Shown in pieces: positions 9,273-19,124 of a stretch of DNA of 64,000 nucleotides. The stretch is from NCBI GenBank assembly GCA_937996235.1, contig CALKVK010000012.1, positions 145,139-209,138 on the forward strand, given 5' to 3'. This stretch comes from an uncultured bacterium. GTDB lineage: Bacteria; Planctomycetota; JAJSAM01; JAJVHW01. The notes beneath the pieces are model-generated. The model saw only the letters and a list, made by a program, of their open reading frames with translations, was not told where the DNA came from and made no database searches. The position numbers and the translations under genes were made by a program. The stretch's first letter is position 1; the number at the start of each line of letters is the position of its first letter.

Positions 9273-9803
9273 ATGCCGCCCCTCCTCGCGCGCCCGGTCG
9301 CAGGCGACTTCGACTCGTACCACGCCGGCTACGTGGAGCAGGTGCCGCCCGGCGATCTGCTGCAGCTCCTGCAGGGCCAGACGGCGGCGCACCGTGCCGC
9401 GTGCGTGCGCTTCGCAGCCTCGCCCGGACACCGCTACGCCGCAGGGAAGTGGACGGCGCGCGAGGTCCTCCTGCACGTGAACGACACGGAGCGGGTGTTC
9501 GGGTACCGGCTGCTGCGCTTCGTGCGCCGCGACCCGACGCCGCTCCCGGGCTTCGACCAGGACCTCTTCATGGCCGGCGCCGCGCGCGACGCGCGCACGC
9601 TCGACGCGCTCGCCGACGAGTTCGGACACCTGCGCGCCGCGAACGTCTCGCTGCTCGCCGCGTGCGACGCCGAGACGCTCGCGTGGCACGGCCGCATGTG
9701 GGAGCGCGAGATCTCGGTGCTGGCCCTCGCGTGCCTCTGCTTCGGCCACGCGGCGCACCATCTGCGCGTGCTCGACGAGCGCTACGCGACCGGCACCGCC
9801 TGA
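9273..9803 (+). CDS. DinB-family (DinB_2-like) four-helix-bundle protein.
   Basis: The internal Met at 9273 begins a protein-like region (YHAGYVEQVPPGDLLQLL...WTAREVLLHVNDTERVF...FGHAAHHLRVL). The histidine-rich motifs are typical of DinB/YfiT-like proteins. Confidence 0.7.
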   Translation: MPPLLARPVAGDFDSYHAGYVEQVPPGDLLQLLQGQTAAHRAACVRFAASPGHRYAAGKWTAREVLLHVNDTERVFGYRLLRFVRRDPTPLPGFDQDLFMAGAARDARTLDALADEFGHLRAANVSLLAACDAETLAWHGRMWEREISVLALACLCFGHAAHHLRVLDERYATGTA

Positions 9804-10056
9804 CGACGCAGCGAGCGCGGTCGGAGCGCCGTGGACGCGACGACCTGGGCGTCGCACGGACGCATCCCCGACGGCACGGCGGCGACGGCGTTGCACTCGA
9901 TCTCGGATCGCTTCGAGGGCTCCGTCGCGACATGGCGGCGCGCCGGCGCGGAACGGTCGCCGCGCAGCGGCGTCGCGGACTGCGCGCGCCGCGGACTCCG
10001 ACCGGCCCGGCCGACAGCGTACACTCCCCCACGGCGCCGGCGCGCCGCACGTCGCC

Positions 10057-10380
10057 ATGCCGCATCCCGGCCTTCCCGTCTGCTCCGCCTGCGGAGCCGT
10101 GCTCCGCCTCACGGCGACACGGCACGCGCTCGGGTTCCCGCGCCTCGCGTGCGGTGGCTGCGGGACGAGCGTGCTCGGCCCGCTGCCCACGGCGTTCCGC
10201 GTGACGTACATCGTGCTCGCGGTGCTCGTGGCTGTCGATGCCGTGCGCCTGCTGGTCACCGACGCGTTCGGTCCGTTCGACATCGCGCGTCTCGTGCTCT
10301 TCGACGGCGTCTTCGTCGGCGTGCTCGTCGCCGATGCGCGCCTGCGACGCGCGTCGCCGCCCGGCGACGCGCACGACTGA
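10057..10380 (+). CDS. Small hypothetical protein with an N-terminal CxxC...CxxC zinc-ribbon and a C-terminal hydrophobic segment.
   Basis: The ORF has two CxxC pairs and a TM-like stretch (VTYIVLAVLVAVDAVRLLV). Supported only by ORF plausibility. Confidence 0.35.
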   Translation: MPHPGLPVCSACGAVLRLTATRHALGFPRLACGGCGTSVLGPLPTAFRVTYIVLAVLVAVDAVRLLVTDAFGPFDIARLVLFDGVFVGVLVADARLRRASPPGDAHD

Positions 10381-10392
10381 GCGCCGCCCGGC

Positions 10393-11235
10393 TCAGGCGT
10401 CCGACGGCGCGGCGGCGGGCAGATCGACGCGGAAGACGGTGCCGAGCGGCGAGGTCCGCACGGCGATCGTGCCGCCGAGATCGAGCACGGCCTGCCGCAC
10501 GATGAAGAGTCCGAGACCGTTGCCGCCGCCGCGCGTGTGCACGCCGGAGAACGGCCGGAAGAGCCGCGCGCGCATCGTCTCGGGAATGCCCGGTCCGTTG
10601 TCCGCGACGGTGAGGCGGCAGATGCCGGCGCGCGGGCACGAGGCGCTGAGCGTCACCTCCGCGCCGGGCCGCTCGCCGCACGCCTTCACGGCGTTGGTCG
10701 CGAGGTTCACGACGGCCTGCACCGCGAGGCGGCACTCGCCGCGCACGCCGCCGTCCTCGGCCACGTCCGCGCGGAACGCGACGCTGTGCGCGTGCGCGAG
10801 CGGCCGGACGATCCGCGCGCCGTGGGCGAGCACCTCGGAGAGCAGGAAGCGCTGGTCGTCGAGCGCCGACTGCCGTCGCGCGAACGCGAGGAAGGCGTCG
10901 GTCGTCTCGGCGACGTCGCGGCACAGGTCGCGGATGCCGTCGAGCGCGCTGCGCATCTCCTCGGCGTCGCCGGAGTGCAGCGCGAGCTCCGCCGTCGAGA
11001 GGATGAGCTGCGCCTGGTTGCGGACGTCGTGCGCGAGACTCGACGTGATCAGCCCCGCCTGCGCGACGCGCTGCTGGTGCCCGAGCATCTGCAGCAGCGT
11101 CTCCCGTTCCGCCTCCCACTTCGCACGCTCGGCGTCGAGCGTCGGCGCACGGTCGACGGGCGGCGCCGACGCGGCGGGAGCCCGCCGGGAGGGGTTCCCG
11201 GCGGGACTGCGCGCGCGCGGAGCGTTGCTGTGCAT
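10393..11235 (-). CDS. Cytoplasmic sensor histidine kinase (HisKA + HATPase_c) with no adjacent response regulator.
   Basis: H-box SLAHDVRNQ, N-box NLATNAVKA, G1 DNGPGIP, G2 GLGL. The start lies 15 bp after the stop of the upstream small gene. Confidence 0.85.
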   Translation of the reverse strand: MHSNAPRARSPAGNPSRRAPAASAPPVDRAPTLDAERAKWEAERETLLQMLGHQQRVAQAGLITSSLAHDVRNQAQLILSTAELALHSGDAEEMRSALDGIRDLCRDVAETTDAFLAFARRQSALDDQRFLLSEVLAHGARIVRPLAHAHSVAFRADVAEDGGVRGECRLAVQAVVNLATNAVKACGERPGAEVTLSASCPRAGICRLTVADNGPGIPETMRARLFRPFSGVHTRGGGNGLGLFIVRQAVLDLGGTIAVRTSPLGTVFRVDLPAAAPSDA

Positions 11236-11250
11236 CGTGCGCCGAGACCC

Positions 11251-11628
11251 TCAGGTGACGTCGGAAGCGCTGTCGCAGCCAGGCAGATCGAGGTCGAGCG
11301 AAAGCCCGCCGGCCGTCGCCACGCGGAGCACGCGCGCCGCGCGCGGCTCGGCCGTGGACAGCGTGAACTGCCCGCAGTCGTCGGTCGTGACGGCCGGTCC
11401 CGCATCGAGCGCGACCGTCGCGCCGACCACGGGCCTCTCGTCGGCCGTTCGGATCACCTGACCGTAGTGGTAGCCCCAGGAATCGCCCCCGGTGTGGACC
11501 ACCAGGTCGACCGTCAGGCCGCCGCCGCAGAACACGAGCGACCTCCCGTCGGGGAGCGCCGCGCGCGCGCCGACGACCGCCCACGAGCGGGCCGAGTCGT
11601 AGACGAGACGCGCGGCGACGGCGCTCAT
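11251..11628 (-). CDS. Small hypothetical protein (125 aa); C-terminal domain paralogous to the adjacent gene.
   Basis: Only the C-terminal 125 aa of track ORF 11251..12132 are protein-like. ATG at 11628 overlaps the upstream stop (ATGA). Shares a DDCGQFTL / FGEFTF beta-rich C-terminal motif with the 11625..12164 product. Confidence 0.6.
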   Translation of the reverse strand: MSAVAARLVYDSARSWAVVGARAALPDGRSLVFCGGGLTVDLVVHTGGDSWGYHYGQVIRTADERPVVGATVALDAGPAVTTDDCGQFTLSTAEPRAARVLRVATAGGLSLDLDLPGCDSASDVT

Positions 11629-12164
11629 GCGTCCCAGCCTTCCCAGACCATCACGCACGGAGCGTCGAAGGCGGCGCCGAGGCGGAGTGCGTACACGCCG
11701 TCGCGGGCCGAGGCGAACGTGAACTCGCCGAACTCGTCGGTCGTCGTGTCGTCGGACGCCGGGACGGGAAGCCCCACCAGCCGGAGCGGCAGACTCGCGA
11801 CGGGCTCGTGGATGCGCCCGGCGTGCGTGACCTGACCGACGTAGCGCAGCTCGCGCTGCACCTCGCAGTCGCGCACGAGCACGTCGAGCGTGAACGGGCC
11901 GGCCGCGCACACGAGCTGGTAGTCGGCGGCCGCTCCGACGCGGGTTCCCGCACGGGCGCCCACGCGGGTCGGCCGCAGCCAGCGGCTCATGAGCGGACTG
12001 CGGCGCACGCGCGCCGTGTCGCCCGAGAGCAGGTCGAACGTGGTCGCGCTGCACGCGCTGCAGCGCTCCACCTCGAGGTGCTGCCGCACGCGGCGCACGA
12101 GCTCGCGCTCCGGCGCCGAGCCGAGCGCGCACTCCGACAGCTCCTCGCGGGTCGGGTGGGCCAT
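11625..12164 (-). CDS. Hypothetical protein (179 aa) with an N-terminal putative zinc-finger (H-x5-C-x2-C, anti-sigma zf-HC2-like) and a C-terminal beta-rich domain paralogous to the downstream gene.
   Basis: Protein-like region MAHPTREELSECALGS...HLEVERCSACS...TTDEFGEFTF. ATG at 12164. Its stop overlaps the downstream start (ATGA). Confidence 0.6.
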   Translation of the reverse strand: MAHPTREELSECALGSAPERELVRRVRQHLEVERCSACSATTFDLLSGDTARVRRSPLMSRWLRPTRVGARAGTRVGAAADYQLVCAAGPFTLDVLVRDCEVQRELRYVGQVTHAGRIHEPVASLPLRLVGLPVPASDDTTTDEFGEFTFASARDGVYALRLGAAFDAPCVMVWEGWDA

Positions 12165-12172
12165 CGCGATGT

Positions 12173-13264
12173 TCACCTGCCCACCGCCTGGCCCACGTCG
12201 AGCCGTCCCGAGTAGCGCAGACGACGGCCCTTCGCGTCGTAGACGGGGTACGCGGTGTCGGCGAGCCGCGCGACGACCTCGTTCACGCAGAGCTCCGGCT
12301 CGACCTGACGCAGGAGCGCGGCAGCTCCGGCGACGAACGGGGCGGCGAACGAGGTGCCGCTCCAGTACGCGTTGGCGTCGTCGGTGGGCGTGCCGACCGG
12401 CCCGTAGAGGTTGACGCCGGGCGCGAAGATCATGCGCGCCTGGCCCTCGAGCGGCCGCATGTCCTGGTACGAGGAGAACGGCGCGATCGCGTCGTTCTCG
12501 TCCACCGCGCCGACGACCAGAGCGGGCACGCCGAGCGCGAGATCGGTCACCGGGCCCCTGCCGTCGTTGCCGGCCGAGAGCACGACGACGATGCCGCTCG
12601 ACGTCGCCTCGCGCATGAGGTCCATGAGCTGCGTGTCCTTCGCCTTCGACGCCTCGAGCGACATGTTGATCACGTCCACGCGGCGGTCGATCGCGTAGCG
12701 CAGCCCGGCCGCGAGCGACGCGTTGAACCCGCGGCCCTCGTCGTCGCGCACGCGGATCGGCAGGATCTGCGCCTCGGGCGCGACCTTCAGGATCATGCCC
12801 GCGACGAACGTGCCGTGGCCGAGGCCCTCGTCCACGACTCCGTCGCCGTCGTCGTCGAGACCGTTGCCGTGGTCGTTGACGTCGCTGTCGCGGTCCACCG
12901 CGTCGAGACCCCCGGGTGCGATGTGTGCGCACACCGCGGGGTGATCGACGTTGAAGCCGCCGTCGAGCACGGCGACGAGCGCCCCGCTCCCGACCGACAG
13001 CGACCACGCGGCCGGCGCGCGCACCTGCTGCTCGGGCGCGTACGCCATCGCCATCGCAAGATCCGACGAGACGAGCTTGACGTTCGTCGGGTTGCACTCG
13101 CCGGAGAGCAGCTCGTAGCGTCGCGACTCCGACCTCGTCCGGCCGTCGCAGTCGCGCGACTGCTCCGACCTGTCCGCCGCCGCGGGGACCGCGGCGAGCG
13201 TGACGGCCAGCGCCGCGATCGCGGCGGCGCGCCCCATGCGGCGCGGCTGGTGGGTGTCCTTCAT
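12173..13264 (-). CDS. Secreted subtilisin-like serine protease (peptidase S8).
   Basis: Signal peptide MKDTHQPRRMGRAAAIAALAVTLAAVPAAA. Catalytic D (VAVLDGG), H (GHGTFVAGM) and S (GTSFAAPFVAGAAALL). Start at 13264 overlaps the CHAT gene stop (ATGA). Confidence 0.85.
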   Translation of the reverse strand: MKDTHQPRRMGRAAAIAALAVTLAAVPAAADRSEQSRDCDGRTRSESRRYELLSGECNPTNVKLVSSDLAMAMAYAPEQQVRAPAAWSLSVGSGALVAVLDGGFNVDHPAVCAHIAPGGLDAVDRDSDVNDHGNGLDDDGDGVVDEGLGHGTFVAGMILKVAPEAQILPIRVRDDEGRGFNASLAAGLRYAIDRRVDVINMSLEASKAKDTQLMDLMREATSSGIVVVLSAGNDGRGPVTDLALGVPALVVGAVDENDAIAPFSSYQDMRPLEGQARMIFAPGVNLYGPVGTPTDDANAYWSGTSFAAPFVAGAAALLRQVEPELCVNEVVARLADTAYPVYDAKGRRLRYSGRLDVGQAVGR

Positions 13265-16209
13265 CGTGCGTGCTCCTTCCGACCGCGCCGCCCGGTCGCG
13301 GCGCCGGCCCTGTCGTGACGACAGCCCTGCCGGCGCGCGGCCCCGCGCGATCCCTGTGATTCGGTCCCGGGGCGTCCCGTCAGGAAGAAGGGCGCCCAGT
13401 AGTACGGATGGGGATGCCGCTCGCGGACCGCGACCATCGTGGCGCGATGCGCTGCGGCGGCGTCGCCGAGTCGTTCGAACTCGGCGTAGAAACGGGTCAT
13501 GAACGACGTCGTGACGGCGTCGTCGACACGCCACTGGCTGGCGAGGATCGCGGGCGCGCCGGCGTAGAGGAAGCCGCGCGTGAGTCCCAGGATCTCGTCC
13601 CCGCCGGCGACGTCGGCGATGCCGCTCTCGCACGTCGAGAGCACGATCAGCTCGCTGCGCACGTCGAGCTCGTAGAGGTCGTAGAGGTTCGCCCAGCGGT
13701 CGGCGAGCCGCACCGACGAGAGCATCGGCTGCGCGTGGCGGAACATGCCGTGCGTCGCGAGGTGCACGATGCGCGCGCGGCCGACCTCCTGCGCGAGGCG
13801 ATGGAACGTGGCCGCCGGACCGACGTGCACGCGGTCCGTGCCGAGCCGTGCGCCGAGCGCGACGGCCTCGTCGGCGATCGCGGGCGCGACCTCGTCGGGC
13901 AGCGCCAGGATGGCGGGCGCACCGGTGGCGCGGGCGCGCGGCGCGCCGCAGTGGCGGTACACCGCGGCGCTCGGCGCGTACGTGATCTCGAAGCGGTCGC
14001 AGAGCCAGCCGTCACCCCACGGCAGGGCGTGGAACGGCACATGGTGCAGCGCACCGTGCGGGACGATCACGAGCCGCTCGCTCGTGAGGTGCGGCGCGAT
14101 GTCGCCGAGGGCCAGCGCGGCCAGCTTCCCGAGCGTGGCGCGCGTCGCGCGCAGCACGAGCTCGGGCGCCGGCATCTCCGGCCGCTCGTGCTTCGCGAGG
14201 TGGAAGTGGAACTGCTCGAGCAGGTCGAGCACCTCGCGCGCCCGCACGGCGCGCCGCGTCACGTGCAGCGCGTCGCGCGTGATCGCGAACGTGAAGAGGC
14301 TCGTGCCCGTGAGGAAGAACTCGACCAGGCACGTGCGCCCGTCGAGTTCGGCACGCGTCTCGGCGAGCGTCGGCGCCGCCGCGGACTCGAGCGCGTACGT
14401 GCCGCCGCCCGACATGCGGCGCTGCCGCAGCACGTCGGCGAGCTCCACCTCGAGCGAGCGCGCCTCGCGCAGCGCGCGCTGCGTCGCACGCGAGCTGCGC
14501 GCGGCGCCGCCTTCGCCCTGGCGCATGATGCGCCCGTAGATCGCGGTCAGCCGCTCGCGCAGGTGCTGCGCGCGCGCCGCGAGTGTGCCCTCTCCCTGCC
14601 CTGCGCCGCCGCTCTCGCGGCCCTGCAGCAGGTCCGTGAGCGCACGCGACTTCGCGCGCTCCACGAACTCGAACGCGTCGTGCTCGCGCCCTGCGTCCGC
14701 GAGCAGCTCGACGATCTCCTCGTACAGCGCGCGGCGCCCCGCGAGGAACGCCATCATGTACTCGTCGACGGGCACGCCGCCGCGGTAGCGCTCGAGCTCG
14801 TCGATCGCCCGGCGGTACGCGTCGATGGCCGACGAGACGTCGCCCAGCTCGCGCAGCGCCCGACCGAGCAGCCGCTCCGCCTCGATTCGCACGCACGGCG
14901 CGTGGACGCGCCGGCAGTGGGCGAGCACCTCCTCCGCACGCCCGCGCGCCGCGGACGCGCGCCCCTCGTCGAGCTCCAACCAACCCCGGAGCAGAGCGAC
15001 CGACGCGAGCGAGAGCGGGTTCTGCCGGCCCCGCGGGTGCGCGCGCTCCGCGCGGGCCGCCATGCGCCGCGCGCCGGCGCGGTCGCCGGCGGCGCGGAGC
15101 AGCTCCGCACGCCCTGCGAGACACTGATAGGCACGCTCGCCGTGGCCGGCCTTCGCGAAGCGGCGCGCGGCACGTTCCCAGAGCGCGTGCGCCTTCTTCG
15201 CGTCGCCGTCCTGCGCCGCGGCGCGCGCCGCGATCTGGCACGCCTGCGTCGCCTCCTTCGCGAGGCCGAGGGCGCGGAAGCGTCGCTCGGCACGCGACGC
15301 CGCGAGCGCGGCCTCGGCGGGCATGTTGAGCTGGACGTGGATCTCGGCGCGGTCGAGGTCCACGTGCGCGAGATGGCGCTCGTCGCCAAGTGCCTCGAGC
15401 GCGTGCTCGACGTCCGCGTAGCGCCGCAACGCCGAGGCGAAGCGTCCGCGGAGGCCCTCGGCGTACGCGGCGTTGTAGTCGATCTGCGCGACCGTGTGCG
15501 TGCAGCCCTCGCGTGCGAAGAGGTCCCGCGCGATCACGAACTGCCGCTCGGCGCCGCGGAAGCGGTTGCACGCCTCGAGCGCGTTCGCGCGGTTGGCGGC
15601 GATGGCGCCGCGCACGCGCGGCAGCGGCGAGCCGTTCAGCAGGCGGTCGGCGTCGGCGAGGTGGCGCAGCGCGGCGCGCGGGTCGTCCTCGCGGTACGCG
15701 ATGTCGCCGAGCACGAGCGACGTCCAGAGCAGGCCCTTGCGGTCGCCGCGCTCCGCGTGGCTGCGGCGCGCGCGCTCGACGGCGTCCCGCGCCGGGCCGT
15801 AGCGCTCGAGATGCAGGAGCGCCTGCGCCCGCAGCGTCTCGAGTTCGGCCGCGTGCGCGTGCTCGTCGGCATGCAGGTGCACGGCGCCGCGGCGAACGGC
15901 GCGGAGCGCGGCGCGGTGGTCGCCGCCGCTCGACTCGGCCTGCGCCCACGCGCTGCAGGCGCGCAGCATGGCCTCTCGGTCGCCTGCGGACTCGGCGACG
16001 CGGAGCGCGAGGCGTGCCGCTTCGGAGGCGTCGCGCGGGTCCACGCGCATCCGCGTGTGGGCGGCGGCGAGGAAGGCTTCGGCGAGCGCGGATCCGGCGG
16101 GCGTCGCCCGCCGCGCCAGACGGCGCGAGCGCGCGGCCAGACCACGCGCGGCGAGCACGTGATCGCAGAACTCCGCGGGCGCGGCGGCCCTGTCGGATTC
16201 GTTCGGCAA
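13261..16209 (-). CDS. TPR-repeat + CHAT domain protein (caspase-like protease; 982 aa).
   Basis: N-terminal tetratricopeptide-like helical repeats. C-terminal CHAT signature (RIVHLATHG ... LIVLSTCESG His/Cys dyad). Confidence 0.85.
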   Translation of the reverse strand: MPNESDRAAAPAEFCDHVLAARGLAARSRRLARRATPAGSALAEAFLAAAHTRMRVDPRDASEAARLALRVAESAGDREAMLRACSAWAQAESSGGDHRAALRAVRRGAVHLHADEHAHAAELETLRAQALLHLERYGPARDAVERARRSHAERGDRKGLLWTSLVLGDIAYREDDPRAALRHLADADRLLNGSPLPRVRGAIAANRANALEACNRFRGAERQFVIARDLFAREGCTHTVAQIDYNAAYAEGLRGRFASALRRYADVEHALEALGDERHLAHVDLDRAEIHVQLNMPAEAALAASRAERRFRALGLAKEATQACQIAARAAAQDGDAKKAHALWERAARRFAKAGHGERAYQCLAGRAELLRAAGDRAGARRMAARAERAHPRGRQNPLSLASVALLRGWLELDEGRASAARGRAEEVLAHCRRVHAPCVRIEAERLLGRALRELGDVSSAIDAYRRAIDELERYRGGVPVDEYMMAFLAGRRALYEEIVELLADAGREHDAFEFVERAKSRALTDLLQGRESGGAGQGEGTLAARAQHLRERLTAIYGRIMRQGEGGAARSSRATQRALREARSLEVELADVLRQRRMSGGGTYALESAAAPTLAETRAELDGRTCLVEFFLTGTSLFTFAITRDALHVTRRAVRAREVLDLLEQFHFHLAKHERPEMPAPELVLRATRATLGKLAALALGDIAPHLTSERLVIVPHGALHHVPFHALPWGDGWLCDRFEITYAPSAAVYRHCGAPRARATGAPAILALPDEVAPAIADEAVALGARLGTDRVHVGPAATFHRLAQEVGRARIVHLATHGMFRHAQPMLSSVRLADRWANLYDLYELDVRSELIVLSTCESGIADVAGGDEILGLTRGFLYAGAPAILASQWRVDDAVTTSFMTRFYAEFERLGDAAAAHRATMVAVRERHPHPYYWAPFFLTGRPGTESQGSRGAARRQGCRHDRAGAATGRRGRKEHAR

Positions 16210-16376
16210 CGGACCTCCCCCGTCCCGGCTCCGCGGTCGGCCTCCTCTGCCGTCCCCGCGTCACCGACCCACGTGGGATCGAGATGCAGCGTCGTTGCAT
16301 CGGGAAGCGGCGGATGCGGACTTGAGGGAAATCCGGGTTTTAGCGCCGCGGCGGCGACGCGAGCAGCGGCGCACCG

Positions 16377-17876
16377 GTGAACGCCGCGCGCTACCCTCCC
16401 GCGGTGACCACGCAGGGGAACGTCGTCGCGCAGGGGAAGGGCTGGGAGATCCGGCGGCTCGGGGAGGACGTCCACGAGCTGCGGACGGGTGTGGTGCCCA
16501 GCCGGTGGCGGCGGCTGCGCACGGCGGTGTCGTGGCTCCCAGCGCTCGTGGCCATCCCGGTGATCCTCGGGAGTCTGGCTCCGCGAACGCTCGCGCAGTT
16601 CGGGGGATCCGGGCGCCTCGGCCTGCTCCTCGCCTTGATGTACGTCGGTCCGCGCCTCGCGCGCCGCTTCCGTGAGCAGGACGTGCTCACGATCCAGGCG
16701 CGCACCCTGAGATGGCAGTCGACGGAGGGCAGTTCGGTCCCGATGGCGCGCCCGCCGGAGGGCGTCTACGAGTCGATTCCGACGGCGCCCGAGTTCCGGC
16801 GCCTGCGCCGGTCGTGCTCCGTCCGCTTCGTCGGCGGCGGGCGCGACCTGGAGCTGGGGCACGGACTCCCGCCGGAACAGGCCGACGCGATGGTCGCGGC
16901 GCTGCGCGCCCACGCGCCGCTCGCGCGCGAGCGCGAGGTCGTCCCCGGGTGTCCCGGCGTGCCGCTGCTCGCCGGCAAGACCTTCAGCGCGTCCCTCATC
17001 GAACAGCACAACCGGGGCGTGCCGGCGCGCGGACGCCCGCGCGTCGGCGCGTCCGGTCCGTCGGTCGCCGCGTGCACCGCCGCCGCGCTCGGGCTGCTCC
17101 CGTGCATGATCGGTCTCGGCCTCGCACCCGCGCGGTGGCCGACCTTCCTCTCGATCGCACTCACCTGCGTTGCGGTGCTCGTGTGGCTCGTGCCGGGCGG
17201 ACTGCGGATGCGCTACGCGCGGGCGGCGCGCGCGCGCCGCCGCGCCGTCCACCCGCACGAGCCGTGGCGCTGGACCGGCGACTTCGAGTCGCCGCGCGAA
17301 GTGCGCCACGCGCTCGCGCGCGTGTTCCGCAGCTCCCACGTGTACGTGCTCGTCGGCTGCGCGCTCTACCTGCTCGTACGCGACCGCATGGGAGGGTTCG
17401 TGCTCGATGTCGTCGCCGCGGTCGCTGCGATCGGCAACGCCCTCCCGCTGTGGAACGCACCGTTCCTCGGCGACACCGAGGTCACGTGGGACGACGTGCG
17501 CGCCGGCCCGGGGTCCTCACTGACGGGGACGTTCGCGGTCGCGCGGGGCGGTGCGGCGTTCGAGACTCTGCTCTTCCGCCTGCGGCGCCTCGAGGAGCAG
17601 TCCGGCATGGTGCTGCCCGCGGTGAGCGGTCTCGCGTGCACGCACGAGGCCATCTACCGGCTGCCCGACGACGTGCCGCCTCCCATCGCGGGCGAGGCCG
17701 TTCCCTTCCGCTTCGAGCTGCCGCCGGACACGCCGCCGACCGACCTCGACGCGCGCCTCCCCGCGTGGTGGGAGCTGCTCGTCGAGGGGTCGACGTCGCG
17801 CGGCCGCTACTCGGAGAGCTTCCGTGCTCCCGTGTCGGCGCGGGTCTCCGCGGCAGACGACGCGCCCGCCGGCTGA
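16377..17876 (+). CDS. Hypothetical multipass membrane protein (499 aa).
   Basis: Several hydrophobic helices (WLPALVAIPVILGSLAP, LGLLPCMIGLGLAP, LTCVAVLVWLVPGG, VYVLVGCALYLLV). The competing antisense ORF 15636..17339 is Arg-rich junk. Start is uncertain. Confidence 0.5.
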   Translation: MNAARYPPAVTTQGNVVAQGKGWEIRRLGEDVHELRTGVVPSRWRRLRTAVSWLPALVAIPVILGSLAPRTLAQFGGSGRLGLLLALMYVGPRLARRFREQDVLTIQARTLRWQSTEGSSVPMARPPEGVYESIPTAPEFRRLRRSCSVRFVGGGRDLELGHGLPPEQADAMVAALRAHAPLAREREVVPGCPGVPLLAGKTFSASLIEQHNRGVPARGRPRVGASGPSVAACTAAALGLLPCMIGLGLAPARWPTFLSIALTCVAVLVWLVPGGLRMRYARAARARRRAVHPHEPWRWTGDFESPREVRHALARVFRSSHVYVLVGCALYLLVRDRMGGFVLDVVAAVAAIGNALPLWNAPFLGDTEVTWDDVRAGPGSSLTGTFAVARGGAAFETLLFRLRRLEEQSGMVLPAVSGLACTHEAIYRLPDDVPPPIAGEAVPFRFELPPDTPPTDLDARLPAWWELLVEGSTSRGRYSESFRAPVSARVSAADDAPAG

Positions 17877-17883
17877 GCGAGCG

Positions 17884-18087
17884 TCACTTCTCCACGGCGA
17901 AGAAGACGACGCGCGTGCCGTCGCCCTGCGGCGCGTCGTGCACGTGGCTCCTGAACAGGCGCGCGCGCTGGCACAGGTACTCGGCCCGCCACGCGCGACG
18001 CCGCCAGTCGCTCTCCTTCACGACCTCCTCGCGCACTTCCCACGCGTTGCCGAGCCACGTCTGCAACTGCTGCCTGTCGAGCGCCAT
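17884..18087 (-). CDS. Small hypothetical protein (67 aa).
   Basis: Non-biased composition (W, K, E, F, Y). Directly downstream of the lipoprotein triplet on the same strand. Confidence 0.35.
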   Translation of the reverse strand: MALDRQQLQTWLGNAWEVREEVVKESDWRRRAWRAEYLCQRARLFRSHVHDAPQGDGTRVVFFAVEK

Positions 18088-18114
18088 CGGCGTCTCCTCC
18101 CCGCGCTCCGCGCG

Positions 18115-18723
18115 TCAACGCACCGCGATGCCCGCCTGGATGAGTTCGCTGCGCAGACGCGCGAGCGCGGCGCTGTCGCCCCGCTGCGCGGCGGCCTGGA
18201 TCGCCGCCTGCGCGTCGGCGAACGAGCGCACGGGCGCGCCCTGCCACGCCGCGACGACCTCGAGCGCGCGGGCCCTCTGCGCGTCGTCTCCCGGCGTCCC
18301 GCGCACGGCGCGCAGCAGCGACTCCGCCTGCGTCAGCGGCTCCGCCGCGACCAGCGTGCCGGCGAGCGCGTCGACCGAGGCCTTCATCGTCTCCTCGGCG
18401 CCGGGCACCTGCGCCGCGGCGCCCGTTGCGAAGACCTGCGTCACGCGCACGTTGCCGAGACTCGCGAGCAGGAATCCGGACGACTGGATCGACGACCCCG
18501 CGAGCACGGAGTACGCCTCGGCGTACTCGCCGCTCACAGGATCTCGGCGCATCGGCATGAGCACGCCCTCGGTGCGGTCGTAACCGACCCTCACCGTCTG
18601 CATGCCGCCCTCGACGGCGTTCAGCTCGACGCCCGTCAGGTTGGACGTGGTGAAGATCACGGCGTGCCGGCAGCCGGGTGCGACGCACAGGGCGGCCGCC
18701 AGGAGCCACGTCGCGGTGCGCAT
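18115..18723 (-). CDS. Lipoprotein, paralog 1 of a tandem triplet (202 aa).
   Basis: MRTATWLLAAALCVAPGC lipobox. Conserved IFTTSNLTGVEL / QVFATG motifs shared with the next gene. Confidence 0.65.
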   Translation of the reverse strand: MRTATWLLAAALCVAPGCRHAVIFTTSNLTGVELNAVEGGMQTVRVGYDRTEGVLMPMRRDPVSGEYAEAYSVLAGSSIQSSGFLLASLGNVRVTQVFATGAAAQVPGAEETMKASVDALAGTLVAAEPLTQAESLLRAVRGTPGDDAQRARALEVVAAWQGAPVRSFADAQAAIQAAAQRGDSAALARLRSELIQAGIAVR

Positions 18724-19124
18724 CACTCCCCCGCCTTCTCGGCGGCCGCGCGCCGGTGCATCGAGTCGAGGAGCTGGACGAGTCCCGAGCTCGCGCCGCT
18801 CCGCGAGACGTTGTTCGCCGCCTCGCCCGTCGCGAAGACCTGGAACAGGTCGAGGCCGCCGAGCCAGCGGTTGTCCATGTCGATCGCCGCGAAGACGGAC
18901 GCCGCCTCGTCGGCCTGCGCGCCGCTCTGCGGGTCCTCGACGGGCACGATCGCACCCTCGAAGCGCTTGTAGCCGAGCACCGCGGACGTCGGGACGCCGT
19001 CGGTGGCGGACAGCTCCACGCCCACCTTCGTGGTGGTGGTGAAGATCAGGTGGTCGCTGCGGCAGCCCGCGAGCGCGAGCGCCGCCAGCGCCGTGGCGGT
19101 CCATGCCGCGGTCGGTCTCCTCAT
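18723..19124 (-). CDS. Lipoprotein, paralog 2 (133 aa).
   Basis: MRRPTAAWTATALAALALAGC lipobox. LIFTTTTKVGVEL / FQVFATGEAA motifs. One-nucleotide stop/start overlap with the downstream paralog. Confidence 0.6.
   Translation of the reverse strand: MRRPTAAWTATALAALALAGCRSDHLIFTTTTKVGVELSATDGVPTSAVLGYKRFEGAIVPVEDPQSGAQADEAASVFAAIDMDNRWLGGLDLFQVFATGEAANNVSRSGASSGLVQLLDSMHRRAAAEKAGE

Noticed and set aside
15636-17339. 567-aa minus-strand ORF
   Set aside because: Arg-rich. It overlaps the CHAT gene's 5' region and the membrane protein gene, with no domain signal.
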